Below are positions 53,801 to 64,000 of a stretch of DNA of 64,000 nt, one piece after another. Numbering within the stretch: position 1 is the first letter of the stretch; each line of letters opens with the position of its first letter. The DNA is from Seison nebaliae (Eukaryota), in the NCBI GenBank assembly GCA_023231475.1, contig JALJEE010002959.1, positions 1-64,000 on the forward strand, given 5' to 3'. The translations under genes were made by a program, and so were the position numbers. The notes below the pieces were generated by a model. The model was not told the DNA's origin. It did not search any database and saw only the letters and a list, made by a program, of their open reading frames with translations.

Positions 53801-55053
53801 AACAATACAATCACAACCGCTACAACTACCACTGGATCGACTAACCAAATCTCTCCTAATAACATTCCACCAATCGTCGTGCATTGTAGTGCTGGTGTTG
53901 GACGTACTGGTGTTTATATCGTACTCGATATAGCACTAGATCGAATGAGTCAAGGTGAATTGAATGTCGATATTTATGGTTATGTCACTCATATGAGATC
54001 TCAACGCAATTATGTTGTGCAAACGGAAGAGCAATACATGTTCGCTTATGATGCGACATGTGAAGCAATCGAATGTGGTGAAACGGTTGTACCAGCTCAT
54101 CTTTTAAGAAATCATGTACATAAACTATTGAGATCGGTAGCAAAAGCAACTGCTTCCAATTATTCAGCCGCTTCACTTTCCGTCACAGAAATGGAATTGG
54201 AATTCCGTCGTCTCGGTGCTGTTAAAACGATTCCGGCGAAATTCACGGCTGCTAATATGGTTTGCAATAAATTCAAAAATCGGTTAGTCAACGTCCTCCC
54301 ATCGGAATGGAGGAGAGTTCCACTCAAATCCGTTTTCGGTGTGGATGGAAGTGACTATATCAATGCGAGTTATATTGATGGGTTTTGGAAGCAGCATGCT
54401 TACATTGCCACACAGGGACCATTAGCTGAAACGACCGATGACTTCTGGAGAATGTTATGGGAGCAGAATAGTTGTATAATTGTCATGTTGACGAAATTAT
54501 GTGAATTGGGTCGAGAACGATGTCATCAATATTGGCCGTCGGAACGATCTGCTCGATATTCATATTTCATTATTGAATTCGTTGCCGAATATTTTATGGG
54601 TCAATATATTTTACGAGAGTTCAAAGTGTGTGATATCAGAACGCAGGAATCACGAATAATTCGACAATTCCAATATCTCGATTGGCCGGAACAAGGCGTC
54701 CCCAAATACGTCGAATGTTTCATCGACTTCATAACGAATGTACATAAAACGAAAGAACAATTCGGATTAGAAGGACCGATCACTGTTCATTGCAAGTTCA
54801 TCAATTTCTTTCTTATTCTTCTCTTTCAAATTTCTCCATTTTTTCTAGTGCTGGTGTTGGACGTACAGGTGTCTGTATTGCGCTAAGCGTAGTTTTGGAA
54901 GAGATAAAATTTGATCAAACAATCGACATATTTCAAACCGTACGACTGTTAAGAACACAACGACCAGCTATGGTGCAAACTGAAGATCAATATCAATTCT
55001 GTTATCGGTCTGCCCTCGAATATTTGGGATCAGTCGAAAAACCAAATACATAA
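26871..55053 (+). CDS. Lar: LAR-family (type IIa) receptor protein tyrosine phosphatase, long isoform: signal peptide, 3 Ig, multiple FN3, TM, PTP D1 and D2
   Basis: Ig motifs ([30 protein letters not shown]), FN3 repeats, [28 protein letters not shown]1 [15 protein letters not shown]2 [26 protein letters not shown]. Inferred introns: 27049-27097, 27371-27429, 27613-27675, 27790-27847, 28055-28100, 28805-28860, 28982-29031, 29136-29185 (or 29194), 29412-29471, 29622-29672, 29865-42190, 42331-42383, 42535-42578, 42852-42911, 43143-50492 (donor uncertain), 54796-54848. Confidence 0.9.
39133..39171. repeat. (TG)n microsatellite, imperfect
   Basis: Direct reading of the sequence. Confidence 0.8.
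41251..41851 (+). CDS. Alternative first coding exon B of the LAR gene (signal peptide, furin-type site, FN3)
   Basis: ATG, hydrophobic [20 protein letters not shown]3 ending [11 protein letters not shown]...TKQS. Phase-1 donor at 41852 joins 42191 to give KQSVPSEP. Confidence 0.7.
50047..50260 (+). CDS. Alternative first coding exon C of the LAR gene (signal peptide)
   Basis: ATG at 50047 or 50083, hydrophobic [24 protein letters not shown] phase-1 donor at 50261 is in frame with the acceptor at 50492. Confidence 0.6.
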
Positions 55054-55832
55054 TCTTTCACTTTCACCCAACTCAAATCTATTCAAAGCAAACATCATAA
55101 AAGATTGCCATCAATTTTCGTATCGAATTATAATAATTCTAAATTTGTACAGAGTTTTCTTTTTTATTTTCCAAAATCTCCTTTTTGCTACAACAACAAC
55201 AAAGTCGAAAATGAAGAAACTTTATAAAGAAAATTTGTAAAAAGAGAAATCGGATCGAATCGTCGATTGTAATCTAATTTATATATTCATTCTTTTACGA
55301 TAAACTTTTTTTCAGTAATTCTCTAATTCAGCTAATCTCATTCTTTGAAAATATGAAACTAATCTAATTATTTTTACTATTATTTCTCCTCCTTACTCAA
55401 CAATTACCTGTTTTTTTTTCCTTCAATGTAAATCTTCTTCTAATTATTTTCTTTTTTTTAATATTTTTTCCAATTTCATTTTATGGTAATAAATTATAAT
55501 AATATCAAAACTTTTATTTCCTACTACACGAACGAAAACTTTGAAAATTTTGAAAGTTACATATATTTGTTCTTGGAAGCTGAACTGAAATTAGGACACG
55601 ATGGAAAGTTATTGAGATTTTCATGAAACTTGACGGAAATGGTCATCCTACGTACTCAAATAAGTGCCTAAGCGGAAATTAAAGGTTGTGAATGTAACTA
55701 TTAGTCTTGCATATTGATCTAATTAACCAATTCTGTCATTCATCGAACGATTGACATTCATGTATGAATGTCTCCCATCCACTTTTTCCATTTAAACGAA
55801 AAATCTCATTCACAAATTAACGGAGAACGTGA

Positions 55833-58191
55833 ATGTTAAGGAAGAATATGAAGAGAGGACAGGATAAAAATTTGGTGTCTAATAAAAAGACATGTATATG
55901 GATGAATTCAAATCGAGTTCATCACCAAAAAATATTTACTATCGACCTCGATCCATCGGAAGAGAAAAAAAAACCGTTAGACGACGATGATAATCTTAAA
56001 AAGAATCTTTTCAAAACCGCAACCAATACCGTTGAACCTATCATCAATTATACGTCATGTCATGGATTTAACGTCCTCTCTAACATGAATAAGAAATCGA
56101 AACGAAAATTCTTCTGGATTTTAGTGATGACCGGTTGTTAGTTTTCATGTTGTTCATATGAACTTCTTATGAGATAATTGTTCTATTTTAGGTTTAGCTT
56201 TCCTTGTGCAACAAACGACAAAACAAATTGATTTTTATAAAACGAAGCCAATAAGTAATCGAATTACTAAACGAATCTACAGTGCCATGATGTTCCCGAA
56301 GATCTTGATTTGTAACAATCATCGATTTCTTCGTTCGAAATTACAACAAAATCCCGAAATGTTTAACTATTTGAAAAATAATGGGAAAGTTTTGAGACAA
56401 GTTAATCGGATTACTCAACAAATTAGTGTTGGAACATTCCATCGAGTTGTCGATAAGGCCGAACGGCGATTCAGACAACTGATATTGAAACCGTACGCTG
56501 CTCAAACAGAAACTGTCTCAAAAAATTACACAGAAATATATTTGTTAGTCAATCTGGTAATGAAGGCGTTGCACAACATCTCTCAAAATCATGCAGAAGT
56601 TGATGCCAATTTGGTGCTATTAAGGAAACTGGTTTGGAATAAAACGAACACAGCAAACTTTGAAGAGGATTTCATTCGAGGATATAATAATTCTGTTGAA
56701 GCATGGATCGATACTAGTCTGACAAAATATCATCCAAATTTATTAGATATCGTTTACTTCCTTCAATCCAAGTTCATGCCGTTAATAGTGACATATGTGG
56801 GTGATCTCCATAATATGGTAGTCGATACATTCGAAGCTCAAGGTTCTATATAAATTCTATAAATGATCATTATATTCAATTTTTTTGAAAAAAGTAGATG
56901 TTATGATGAAAGATATTGCGCCATTAGAAATTGTGATGGAAACGTTACCAATATTCAACGATTTGATGTTAACTAAAATGGGTAATTTGTTGGATTCTGG
57001 AGATGGGTCGCGAAAACTAGGTGTTTCAAGAAGTTAATTCTTATCATAAATCTCATGTTCAATTCTTCCTAGTGTTTAATATGTCATTGTTTAACATTTA
57101 TCGATCGGCATCTTGGTCATTATATGAAAGTTTAATTTATTGTCGATTTGCTGCTATGAATTGTGATATGAATGTTAGAACATTTAATTAGGACTTTTCA
57201 AAATGATAATCGTTTGACGTAGGAACATATGTTTAAGGAAGTGATTACAACGAATGGTCGATGTTATCAATTCAATCCGGATCGAAATAGACCGTTGCAG
57301 CAATATTTATCGGGCGAAGGATTTGGATTGCAGATGTCACTCGACATTAAAACTTATGATTCAGATGTCTTATTAAATTCGCTCTATAGTCTTACACAAT
57401 ATACGAATGCCATAAAAATTTATATATCAAGTCCGTTTGATGATGCGATGGATGAACCGCTTTTGTTGCAACCGGGATATCATCACAACATTGACATTTC
57501 ACTAACTCGCGCTATTAATTTGGATGAGAATCATTGGGGTGATTGTATAAAGACGAAAATGAGAATCGTTGATTTGGATTATACACCATCACTTTGTTTG
57601 ACTGAATGTTTATTAGATACGATTGAGGATGCATGTGGTTGTCGTCCTTATTATGATCCTCGAGTTTCTTGTTAGTCTTTTTTCCTTTTTTCTATCATTT
57701 ACTTTCTCTCATTATCAGTGAATGAAACAAAACATTGTGTAATACAATCGGATGTTGTTTGTGCACATATTACTGAACGTTAATATATGAGACATATTTG
57801 TAGATAGACAATAAATATGAGTTGTTAAAATTAATTTGTAGAAATGAATCGAGGTTGTCCCAAATGTTCAGCTCAGGCATGTGACTCAAGATCGTATGAA
57901 TGGCGGATGACAAGTGCACCGGTCCTATTGGAGAATATGGCGGAATATTTCCCGTTTACATTTTTGCGAATATTGAAATAATTCCAAATTTATTGTAGGA
58001 ATTCTACGGTCAGTTTCAATATTCAATTTAGCAAAATGTTAGCGACTCGATTCGTCCAAATCCAATTAACAACGATCGAAACTTTAATCGGTACATTCGG
58101 TGGATTATGCGGTCTCTGTTTAGGCATTTCTATCGTAACTATGTTCGAATTCATCGAGTACATCATTCTTCGTATAACTGCTTGCTTCTAA
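55833..58191 (+). CDS. DEG/ENaC (ASIC-like) sodium channel subunit, 8 exons
   Basis: Pre-TM1 TSCHG, TM1 RKFFWILVM, FPKILICN, GRCYQFN, Cys-rich thumb, TM2 LIGTFGGLCGLCLGISIVTMFEFIE. Introns 56137-56191, 56843-56897, 57021-57072, 57174-57222, 57671-57718, 57779-57841 and 57954-57998. Confidence 0.92.
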
Positions 58192-58536
58192 ATCCATTTC
58201 ATTACTTTCCACCATTTTATTGATTAATAATGTTCTCTTAATTTTCTCATATAATCAATTAAACATTTGATTTCCTATTATAAAACTATGAAATCTTCTC
58301 TTTCAAATTTCTCCTTTCAAATGTCCCCCAAATAAAATTCTTAAAAATATGAAACATAAATTGAAAATGGGAAGTTGGAGGAGTCTAGCTGAGAAGATTG
58401 TTTTTTCTTAAAAATATCGTTCGATCAATTTGAATGAAACTGTAAAGGAGGAAAATTGAAATTTTTAGTTTACTAAAAAAAATTTTTTATAAAAAAATTT
58501 TTAAAAGTTTTCAAATGAATTAGAACATTAGACGTC

Positions 58537-61500
58537 ATGATGAACAAGAATAGATCATCGATATATCTGATGACGAATCAGTTCGTTCAGAAAACGCAAT
58601 TATTAAGAGATGAGAATTATAGTTCGTCGGTGGTGGGAAATTGTTGGGGAAAAGAATTGGAAGTTAAATTGACAGAAGAGAAAGAAAGTTCGAACGATTG
58701 GAACAATAATGGATATTTTCTCATGAATCTATCGAAACATTTACATGAGATGAAAATTATTGATAAATTAATATATTGGTATTGTTGGAATGGGAATGAA
58801 TCAAGAAGAGAATCAGTGAAACGATTAGAAGAATATTTGATCGATTTTATTGTTATTGATTTATGGAATCATATTCTTAATGGACATTCTGATGAGAATA
58901 CTGTAAAATTTTATTTGTTATCAAGAATTCATTTCTCTTATAATTTCCCGTCGATTCTTCTCATGAATTATTTAAATTTTCATCTTTCATGGTCGAATGA
59001 TGGGGAAATGAGTTTGAAAATGTTCTTCAAAGAATTTCAGGAATATCTTCATGAAATAAAATTGAATGAAATTCTCACGAATTATAAAAGTTGTGGAAAT
59101 TCAAGAAATGTATTGATGGAAGGAATGTCGAAAGAATTTTTGATAAAATCCATTTTTACAAATATCGTTCAATTGATGAAAGAGAATGATGTGTCTTTTA
59201 AGAAACATGCATACTTATTGAAAATGTTGTTGAATATGTTTCATTTCATTCATTCGATTGTTCTCGTTGAAATTTACAAGAATATTTATGAAGTGTCATT
59301 GAAAGTGAATGGAGTGAAATCGACAGAATTTAGTCATCTTTATCGACAATTGGTGATCGGTGTCCAAACACTAAATCAGATAACACAAATCTTTATTCGA
59401 GAATTAAAGAATCGTTCAAGTAAGATACGATGTTATTCTATTAATTTATTGAATAACATTTATCTCTATGGAATGGGAGCGACGACGGAATTTCTTCGAT
59501 CATATCTCAAATTTGATTTGGTTCTCAATTCGGAGAATTGTGAGAAATTCATTCGATTTCGAAAGAGAACATTAAAAGAAAAAATCGAATTGAACAAAGA
59601 ATTTGAAGAACTAGTTGAAATAATGAAAGAGAATTCCATCAGGAAACCGTTAATGGTGGAAATGAAGAAGATTGAGAAGAGATTTATCAATTCTCATTAT
59701 CAAACACAAACGGATATGGAGAATGATGAGAAATTGATAAATGAATTTGGTGATATGAACGAAAATATTTTAAGAGAAATGAGAATTTTTTATCGATCGA
59801 CGCCCGTCCTCCCAGAGAAACAATTGAAAAGTGAAATTTCTTTCCTTCATCAATTGACGTTTGTGAGACAGAAGAAATTTTTAGTTGAATTTTTGAAATC
59901 GATTCAATTATTTTTTCATTTACTTATTGATAGGAAACAGGATAATCGAAGTTTATTTCTTCAATTACGATATCATCTCTCAATTATTCCGTTGGATGTT
60001 CTATTAAATATTGAGAATTTCAATTGTATTTATAATCAATTACTCTCTCGAAACGAATCGATTCGTTGCATCTTCAACGAATTCAATAACGATATTAACA
60101 TCAATATCGATTCGATAAATTTATTGACTAATTTAACTTTGTTTATTTCCTATGAAGATTTATCGGTGGAGTTTTATGTGAATGAACGTGCAAATCGACA
60201 TCTGATCGAACCGTTAGCAAATTCATATTTTTATCGTCAATATGAATATTTGGTGGTGGATGAAAATGATCGTTCGTCAACCATCATTCTCAAATCACTT
60301 CAAATTATTTTGAATTTATTCGAAAAATTGACAAATTTCTCGAGAGACATCGAAATGGAATCAAAAAAAGAAGATGATCATTCATTGAACTTTTGTGAAA
60401 TCGTTAAAGATAAATCTGATAATTATTCAACAGAATTGGAACATGTCATCAAATCCATTCATCTCAATGAAAGAAGAGAAAAACTTTTAAAGAATCGTCA
60501 ATTAAGAAATGAGGAGGAGATGTCAATGGAAAATATTCAGAAATTTAATTCGTTAGACGTGACACTATCATCGGCAATTGAAACTTTAACGATTAATATT
60601 GGTCGATATTCGCCAGATACTGTCTTGGAATTTGGGAAATATTTCGTGAAGATGAACAGAAATCGATTTGAACGATTGTTGAATTATCGAATTAATAATT
60701 TGTTGGAATTGAAGGAGAATGGAAAAGTAGAAGGAAATTCATTAAAATTATCAACGTTCGAATATGAGACAGTAAATGAAATGAGGAAAGAATTAATGAG
60801 AAAGAAAATTTATCATTTATTCGATGTGAGAAGAAAGATGAAAGAAAAGAAAAGAATTTCGAAACGAATACAAATCAATCATTCCATTCATCAACGATTT
60901 CTCAAATTAACACGAAAATATAAAAGAAAAAGAGAAAACTCAAGACATTTATCTAAAGTTATTGAACGAGAAGAAAATGTTGATGAAGACGATAAAGATA
61001 AAAATGATAATGGAGATGAAGATGAAGATAAAAATAAGAATGATGATGGTGATGGTGATGGAAAGAAGAAGAGGAAGAAGAAGAAAAAGAAGAAAGTGAT
61101 ACGAAAGAAACGTTTAATTGTTACAAGAAATATGATAGAGTTAAGAAGACAGAAAAGGAAATTATTTGAAATTGGACAGAAAATTGCAATAGAAAATGAA
61201 ATAAAATCCATCCAATCTCTCATTAATTTGAATCAATGTAATCTAATTGAGAATGATGATGGAATGATGATTGGAGGAAGAACGATGAATGAAATTTTAT
61301 TACAATTTGATAAAATTAAAAAATTTGGGAATCGTTCAACAACTACTACTTACATTTATAAACGGTCAGTATTTGAAGATGTTTTCTCTTGTCTCTGTGA
61401 ATTGGTCTCCCATAAACATGCGGATGTTCGTGAAAATTCGTTGAAACTATTACGATATTTCAGTTGTATTAATGTCCATTATCTTTGTCAGACGTTGAAT

Positions 61501-64000
61501 AAAACTTTGTTGAATGCGAGAAGTTTCCAACGGAATGTTCCTTCCAATCAACGTTTTTCTTCCGGTCAAAAATGGAATGCAGATTCGGTAGAAGAATTGA
61601 ATGTGAAAGAGGAAGAAATAGAAAATAGAAATATGAATAATGAGAAGAATGCTTCAATGGAATATGATGTGAGATCATTTCGAAATAATAAAAGTCAATC
61701 AATTCCAATTGTTCGTCAAGAAGGAACTGGAGCATTCATTCATGGTGTGGAAGATGAATTCGATATTGTTCGAATTACTGCTGTTGAATCATTAGCAATT
61801 CTTGCAATGGAATGTCCAATTTTAACGAGTGCACAATTAGGAAATCATGAAATGGCATCCGCTCAAGATTTACTCATCGATTTATTAAACGATGAATTAC
61901 ATCGTGTTCGAGAACATTCTCTCGTCGTTTTGAATGAGATTGCTGAAGAAATGAAAAAACTTCGGGATAATTATCGAGAACATTTTGAAGAAGATGATAA
62001 TCGATTAACATCATCATATTATCATCAACGTCAATATTTATTAGATCATGAACAATTGATAGATTTGACAGCGAGTTTAGATGATGCATCGAATATTGTC
62101 CGATATTTAATTCGACAAATTCTCATGAAATTATTCATTCAATCTCATTCCACTTTATTATTTGTAATCGAACGAATGTTCAAAAACATCAAACGATTCG
62201 CTTCCGCTATCAAAGCTAATGATGATGTAGAGAATGCAGATGCGACTCACATCTATTATTGTTTAGCAGCATTAGGACGTCATCATCCGTCACATATTCC
62301 CAATATTATCGGGAATTTATTCGATATTCCGTTATATGTCGATTCGAAAGGAATTCTCATAGGAATGGATCAATTGATGAATGGGAAATTCATTATGATA
62401 TTCAATGCCATCGCTTATGATGAACAATTCCTCCAATATAATATCGAAAGGAAATATATTCAACTACTTCCACAATACACTTCCAATTTTTACCGTTATT
62501 TACGATTACAATATGGAAATACTTTCGTACCAGAAATTAAATATTTCGAAAATCTCTCAATTGCCAATATGGCCAATTCGTCGTCGAACATGTGGATAAT
62601 TGAGAAGGAAATCACAATTATCGAAATATCGTTCAAAAATATGTTAAATCGAACGGATTTGATATGGAAAAAATATTTCAATTCCATTTCAATAATGGAC
62701 GATAAATCGATCGATTGGAAAGTAAATTCTGATTATCGATCATTGATGAGTGATTGTCGATCGATAGGGAATGAGAATGAACGATATCTCTTCAAACAAT
62801 TTTTGAGATTAAATCGATTATTATTCAATTGTAATCTCATAAATAAATCGACGAATAATAACGAAAAAATGTGTGACATTTATGATTTACTTCAAATGGA
62901 TTTCTTGAACGGACAACATATCGAATGGAGTGAACTAATGAATAAGTCGTTAATGAAAGAAGATAATTTCCATCAATTATCATCCAGTCATTTATCTCAA
63001 ATTCGACGATTATTATTATTAATTCGATATAATTTGATGAAATATCGTTGTATCGATTTATATTCGAGTGCACTTGTTGATATGATTGAATTCCATATGA
63101 AATATTATCGCAATTCGAATGTTGATGACGTTCTCAAAAATCTTTTATTTGTCGATCATTTCTCGTTGATTCAAACACTATCGAAATCGTTAGAGAAGTT
63201 GCGATCATTCCGTTACAATTATCATCAGATGAGATCTATGTTCATTTGGTGTGAACATGAAGATAATTATTTTCTAGATAAGAAATATTTTCAATCATTT
63301 CTTTTGACATTCACCATTGAAATTCCATTAATTCTTTTAACGTCGTTAATGGAGAATGTGGTGATGGAAGAAGAATGTTATGCTGATATGGAAATGGAGG
63401 ACGCCATTCTTAAAACGAAGAATAAAGGATTGATTCTAATTCTCTCACAAATGCTTCAATTACTCATAAATCTTTTGAGATTATTCGAACAATTTATTCG
63501 ATGTCTTACTTATCAATATCCGAAGAAATCAATGAAATATTATCAGAATTTATTACATGTCATCAATTCAGAATTAAGGAATATCTTCCAACAACAACAC
63601 CACAACTATCAACAACAACAATTATTCATGTTGATTCATTTCTTATTTCATTTGAGTGAAATTGTCATTTTGAGTTCACTTGTCGTTTCATATGAGGAGA
63701 AAGATGATTTGTTCAATGGAAATTTGATGGAAATTGAAGAGACGAATATGGAGAATGAAAAGAAATCATTTGATGAGATTGATGTGGAGAATATGAATGA
63801 GCATATTGAAGAGGAACATGTCACATCATCTCTAATTCTTCCTTCAAGTATTCGTTCAGTGAAAATTTTAAAAATTACTAAAAGTCGATTAACAATCGTT
63901 CACGATGATCAACTCGATACGAACGACAAAGATGAGAAAGATGATAAGATGGAATCGAATATCACAACGACTGATAATACGAATCCAACTAATAATTTGT
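58537..64000 (+). CDS. INTS4: Integrator complex subunit 4, enlarged and intronless, 3'-incomplete (at least 1821 codons)
   Basis: Open frame from ATG 58537 to the window end, absent from the ORF track apparently because it has no stop. Contains FEDVFSCLCELV...LCQTLNKTL and GTGAFIHGVEDEFDIVRITAVESL...DLLIDLLNDELHRVRE, matching the INTS4 HEAT core. Confidence 0.85.
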   Translation, partial: MMNKNRSSIYLMTNQFVQKTQLLRDENYSSSVVGNCWGKELEVKLTEEKESSNDWNNNGYFLMNLSKHLHEMKIIDKLIYWYCWNGNESRRESVKRLEEYLIDFIVIDLWNHILNGHSDENTVKFYLLSRIHFSYNFPSILLMNYLNFHLSWSNDGEMSLKMFFKEFQEYLHEIKLNEILTNYKSCGNSRNVLMEGMSKEFLIKSIFTNIVQLMKENDVSFKKHAYLLKMLLNMFHFIHSIVLVEIYKNIYEVSLKVNGVKSTEFSHLYRQLVIGVQTLNQITQIFIRELKNRSSKIRCYSINLLNNIYLYGMGATTEFLRSYLKFDLVLNSENCEKFIRFRKRTLKEKIELNKEFEELVEIMKENSIRKPLMVEMKKIEKRFINSHYQTQTDMENDEKLINEFGDMNENILREMRIFYRSTPVLPEKQLKSEISFLHQLTFVRQKKFLVEFLKSIQLFFHLLIDRKQDNRSLFLQLRYHLSIIPLDVLLNIENFNCIYNQLLSRNESIRCIFNEFNNDININIDSINLLTNLTLFISYEDLSVEFYVNERANRHLIEPLANSYFYRQYEYLVVDENDRSSTIILKSLQIILNLFEKLTNFSRDIEMESKKEDDHSLNFCEIVKDKSDNYSTELEHVIKSIHLNERREKLLKNRQLRNEEEMSMENIQKFNSLDVTLSSAIETLTINIGRYSPDTVLEFGKYFVKMNRNRFERLLNYRINNLLELKENGKVEGNSLKLSTFEYETVNEMRKELMRKKIYHLFDVRRKMKEKKRISKRIQINHSIHQRFLKLTRKYKRKRENSRHLSKVIEREENVDEDDKDKNDNGDEDEDKNKNDDGDGDGKKKRKKKKKKKVIRKKRLIVTRNMIELRRQKRKLFEIGQKIAIENEIKSIQSLINLNQCNLIENDDGMMIGGRTMNEILLQFDKIKKFGNRSTTTTYIYKRSVFEDVFSCLCELVSHKHADVRENSLKLLRYFSCINVHYLCQTLNKTLLNARSFQRNVPSNQRFSSGQKWNADSVEELNVKEEEIENRNMNNEKNASMEYDVRSFRNNKSQSIPIVRQEGTGAFIHGVEDEFDIVRITAVESLAILAMECPILTSAQLGNHEMASAQDLLIDLLNDELHRVREHSLVVLNEIAEEMKKLRDNYREHFEEDDNRLTSSYYHQRQYLLDHEQLIDLTASLDDASNIVRYLIRQILMKLFIQSHSTLLFVIERMFKNIKRFASAIKANDDVENADATHIYYCLAALGRHHPSHIPNIIGNLFDIPLYVDSKGILIGMDQLMNGKFIMIFNAIAYDEQFLQYNIERKYIQLLPQYTSNFYRYLRLQYGNTFVPEIKYFENLSIANMANSSSNMWIIEKEITIIEISFKNMLNRTDLIWKKYFNSISIMDDKSIDWKVNSDYRSLMSDCRSIGNENERYLFKQFLRLNRLLFNCNLINKSTNNNEKMCDIYDLLQMDFLNGQHIEWSELMNKSLMKEDNFHQLSSSHLSQIRRLLLLIRYNLMKYRCIDLYSSALVDMIEFHMKYYRNSNVDDVLKNLLFVDHFSLIQTLSKSLEKLRSFRYNYHQMRSMFIWCEHEDNYFLDKKYFQSFLLTFTIEIPLILLTSLMENVVMEEECYADMEMEDAILKTKNKGLILILSQMLQLLINLLRLFEQFIRCLTYQYPKKSMKYYQNLLHVINSELRNIFQQQHHNYQQQQLFMLIHFLFHLSEIVILSSLVVSYEEKDDLFNGNLMEIEETNMENEKKSFDEIDVENMNEHIEEEHVTSSLILPSSIRSVKILKITKSRLTIVHDDQLDTNDKDEKDDKMESNITTTDNTNPTNNL

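Noticed and set aside
59466..63073. Short ORFs listed in the track over the right end
   Set aside because: Antisense or off-frame shadows of the long INTS4 frame.

Overview
AT-rich eukaryotic DNA from an invertebrate animal with a compact genome and mostly 40-80 nt GT-AG introns. Standard genetic code; nothing bacterial and no CRISPR. The left end (0.5-3.7 kb) holds an unidentified, highly base-paired ~455-nt RNA-like element, MULE transposon relics, a tRNA-headed SINE-like element and a tRNA-Asp pseudogene. A dense cluster follows at 4.5-15.1 kb: an orphan gene, MGME1, a small orphan, PIGS, WDR24 and a RING protein, two pairs of which look operon-like. An ~11.7 kb gene-poor stretch carries MITEs and a vault-RNA-like Pol III candidate. 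A ~28 kb LAR-type receptor tyrosine phosphatase gene has three apparent alternative signal-peptide first exons. It is followed by a DEG/ENaC channel and a greatly enlarged, intronless INTS4 that runs off the window. Most notable: 34 of 37 manually inferred splice donors are GTT (none GTAAG) with little G at -1, and the structured RNA carries ACUAAC (complement of GUUAGU) plus a U1-like Sm site. All gene models and RNA folds were derived by eye and need transcript confirmation.
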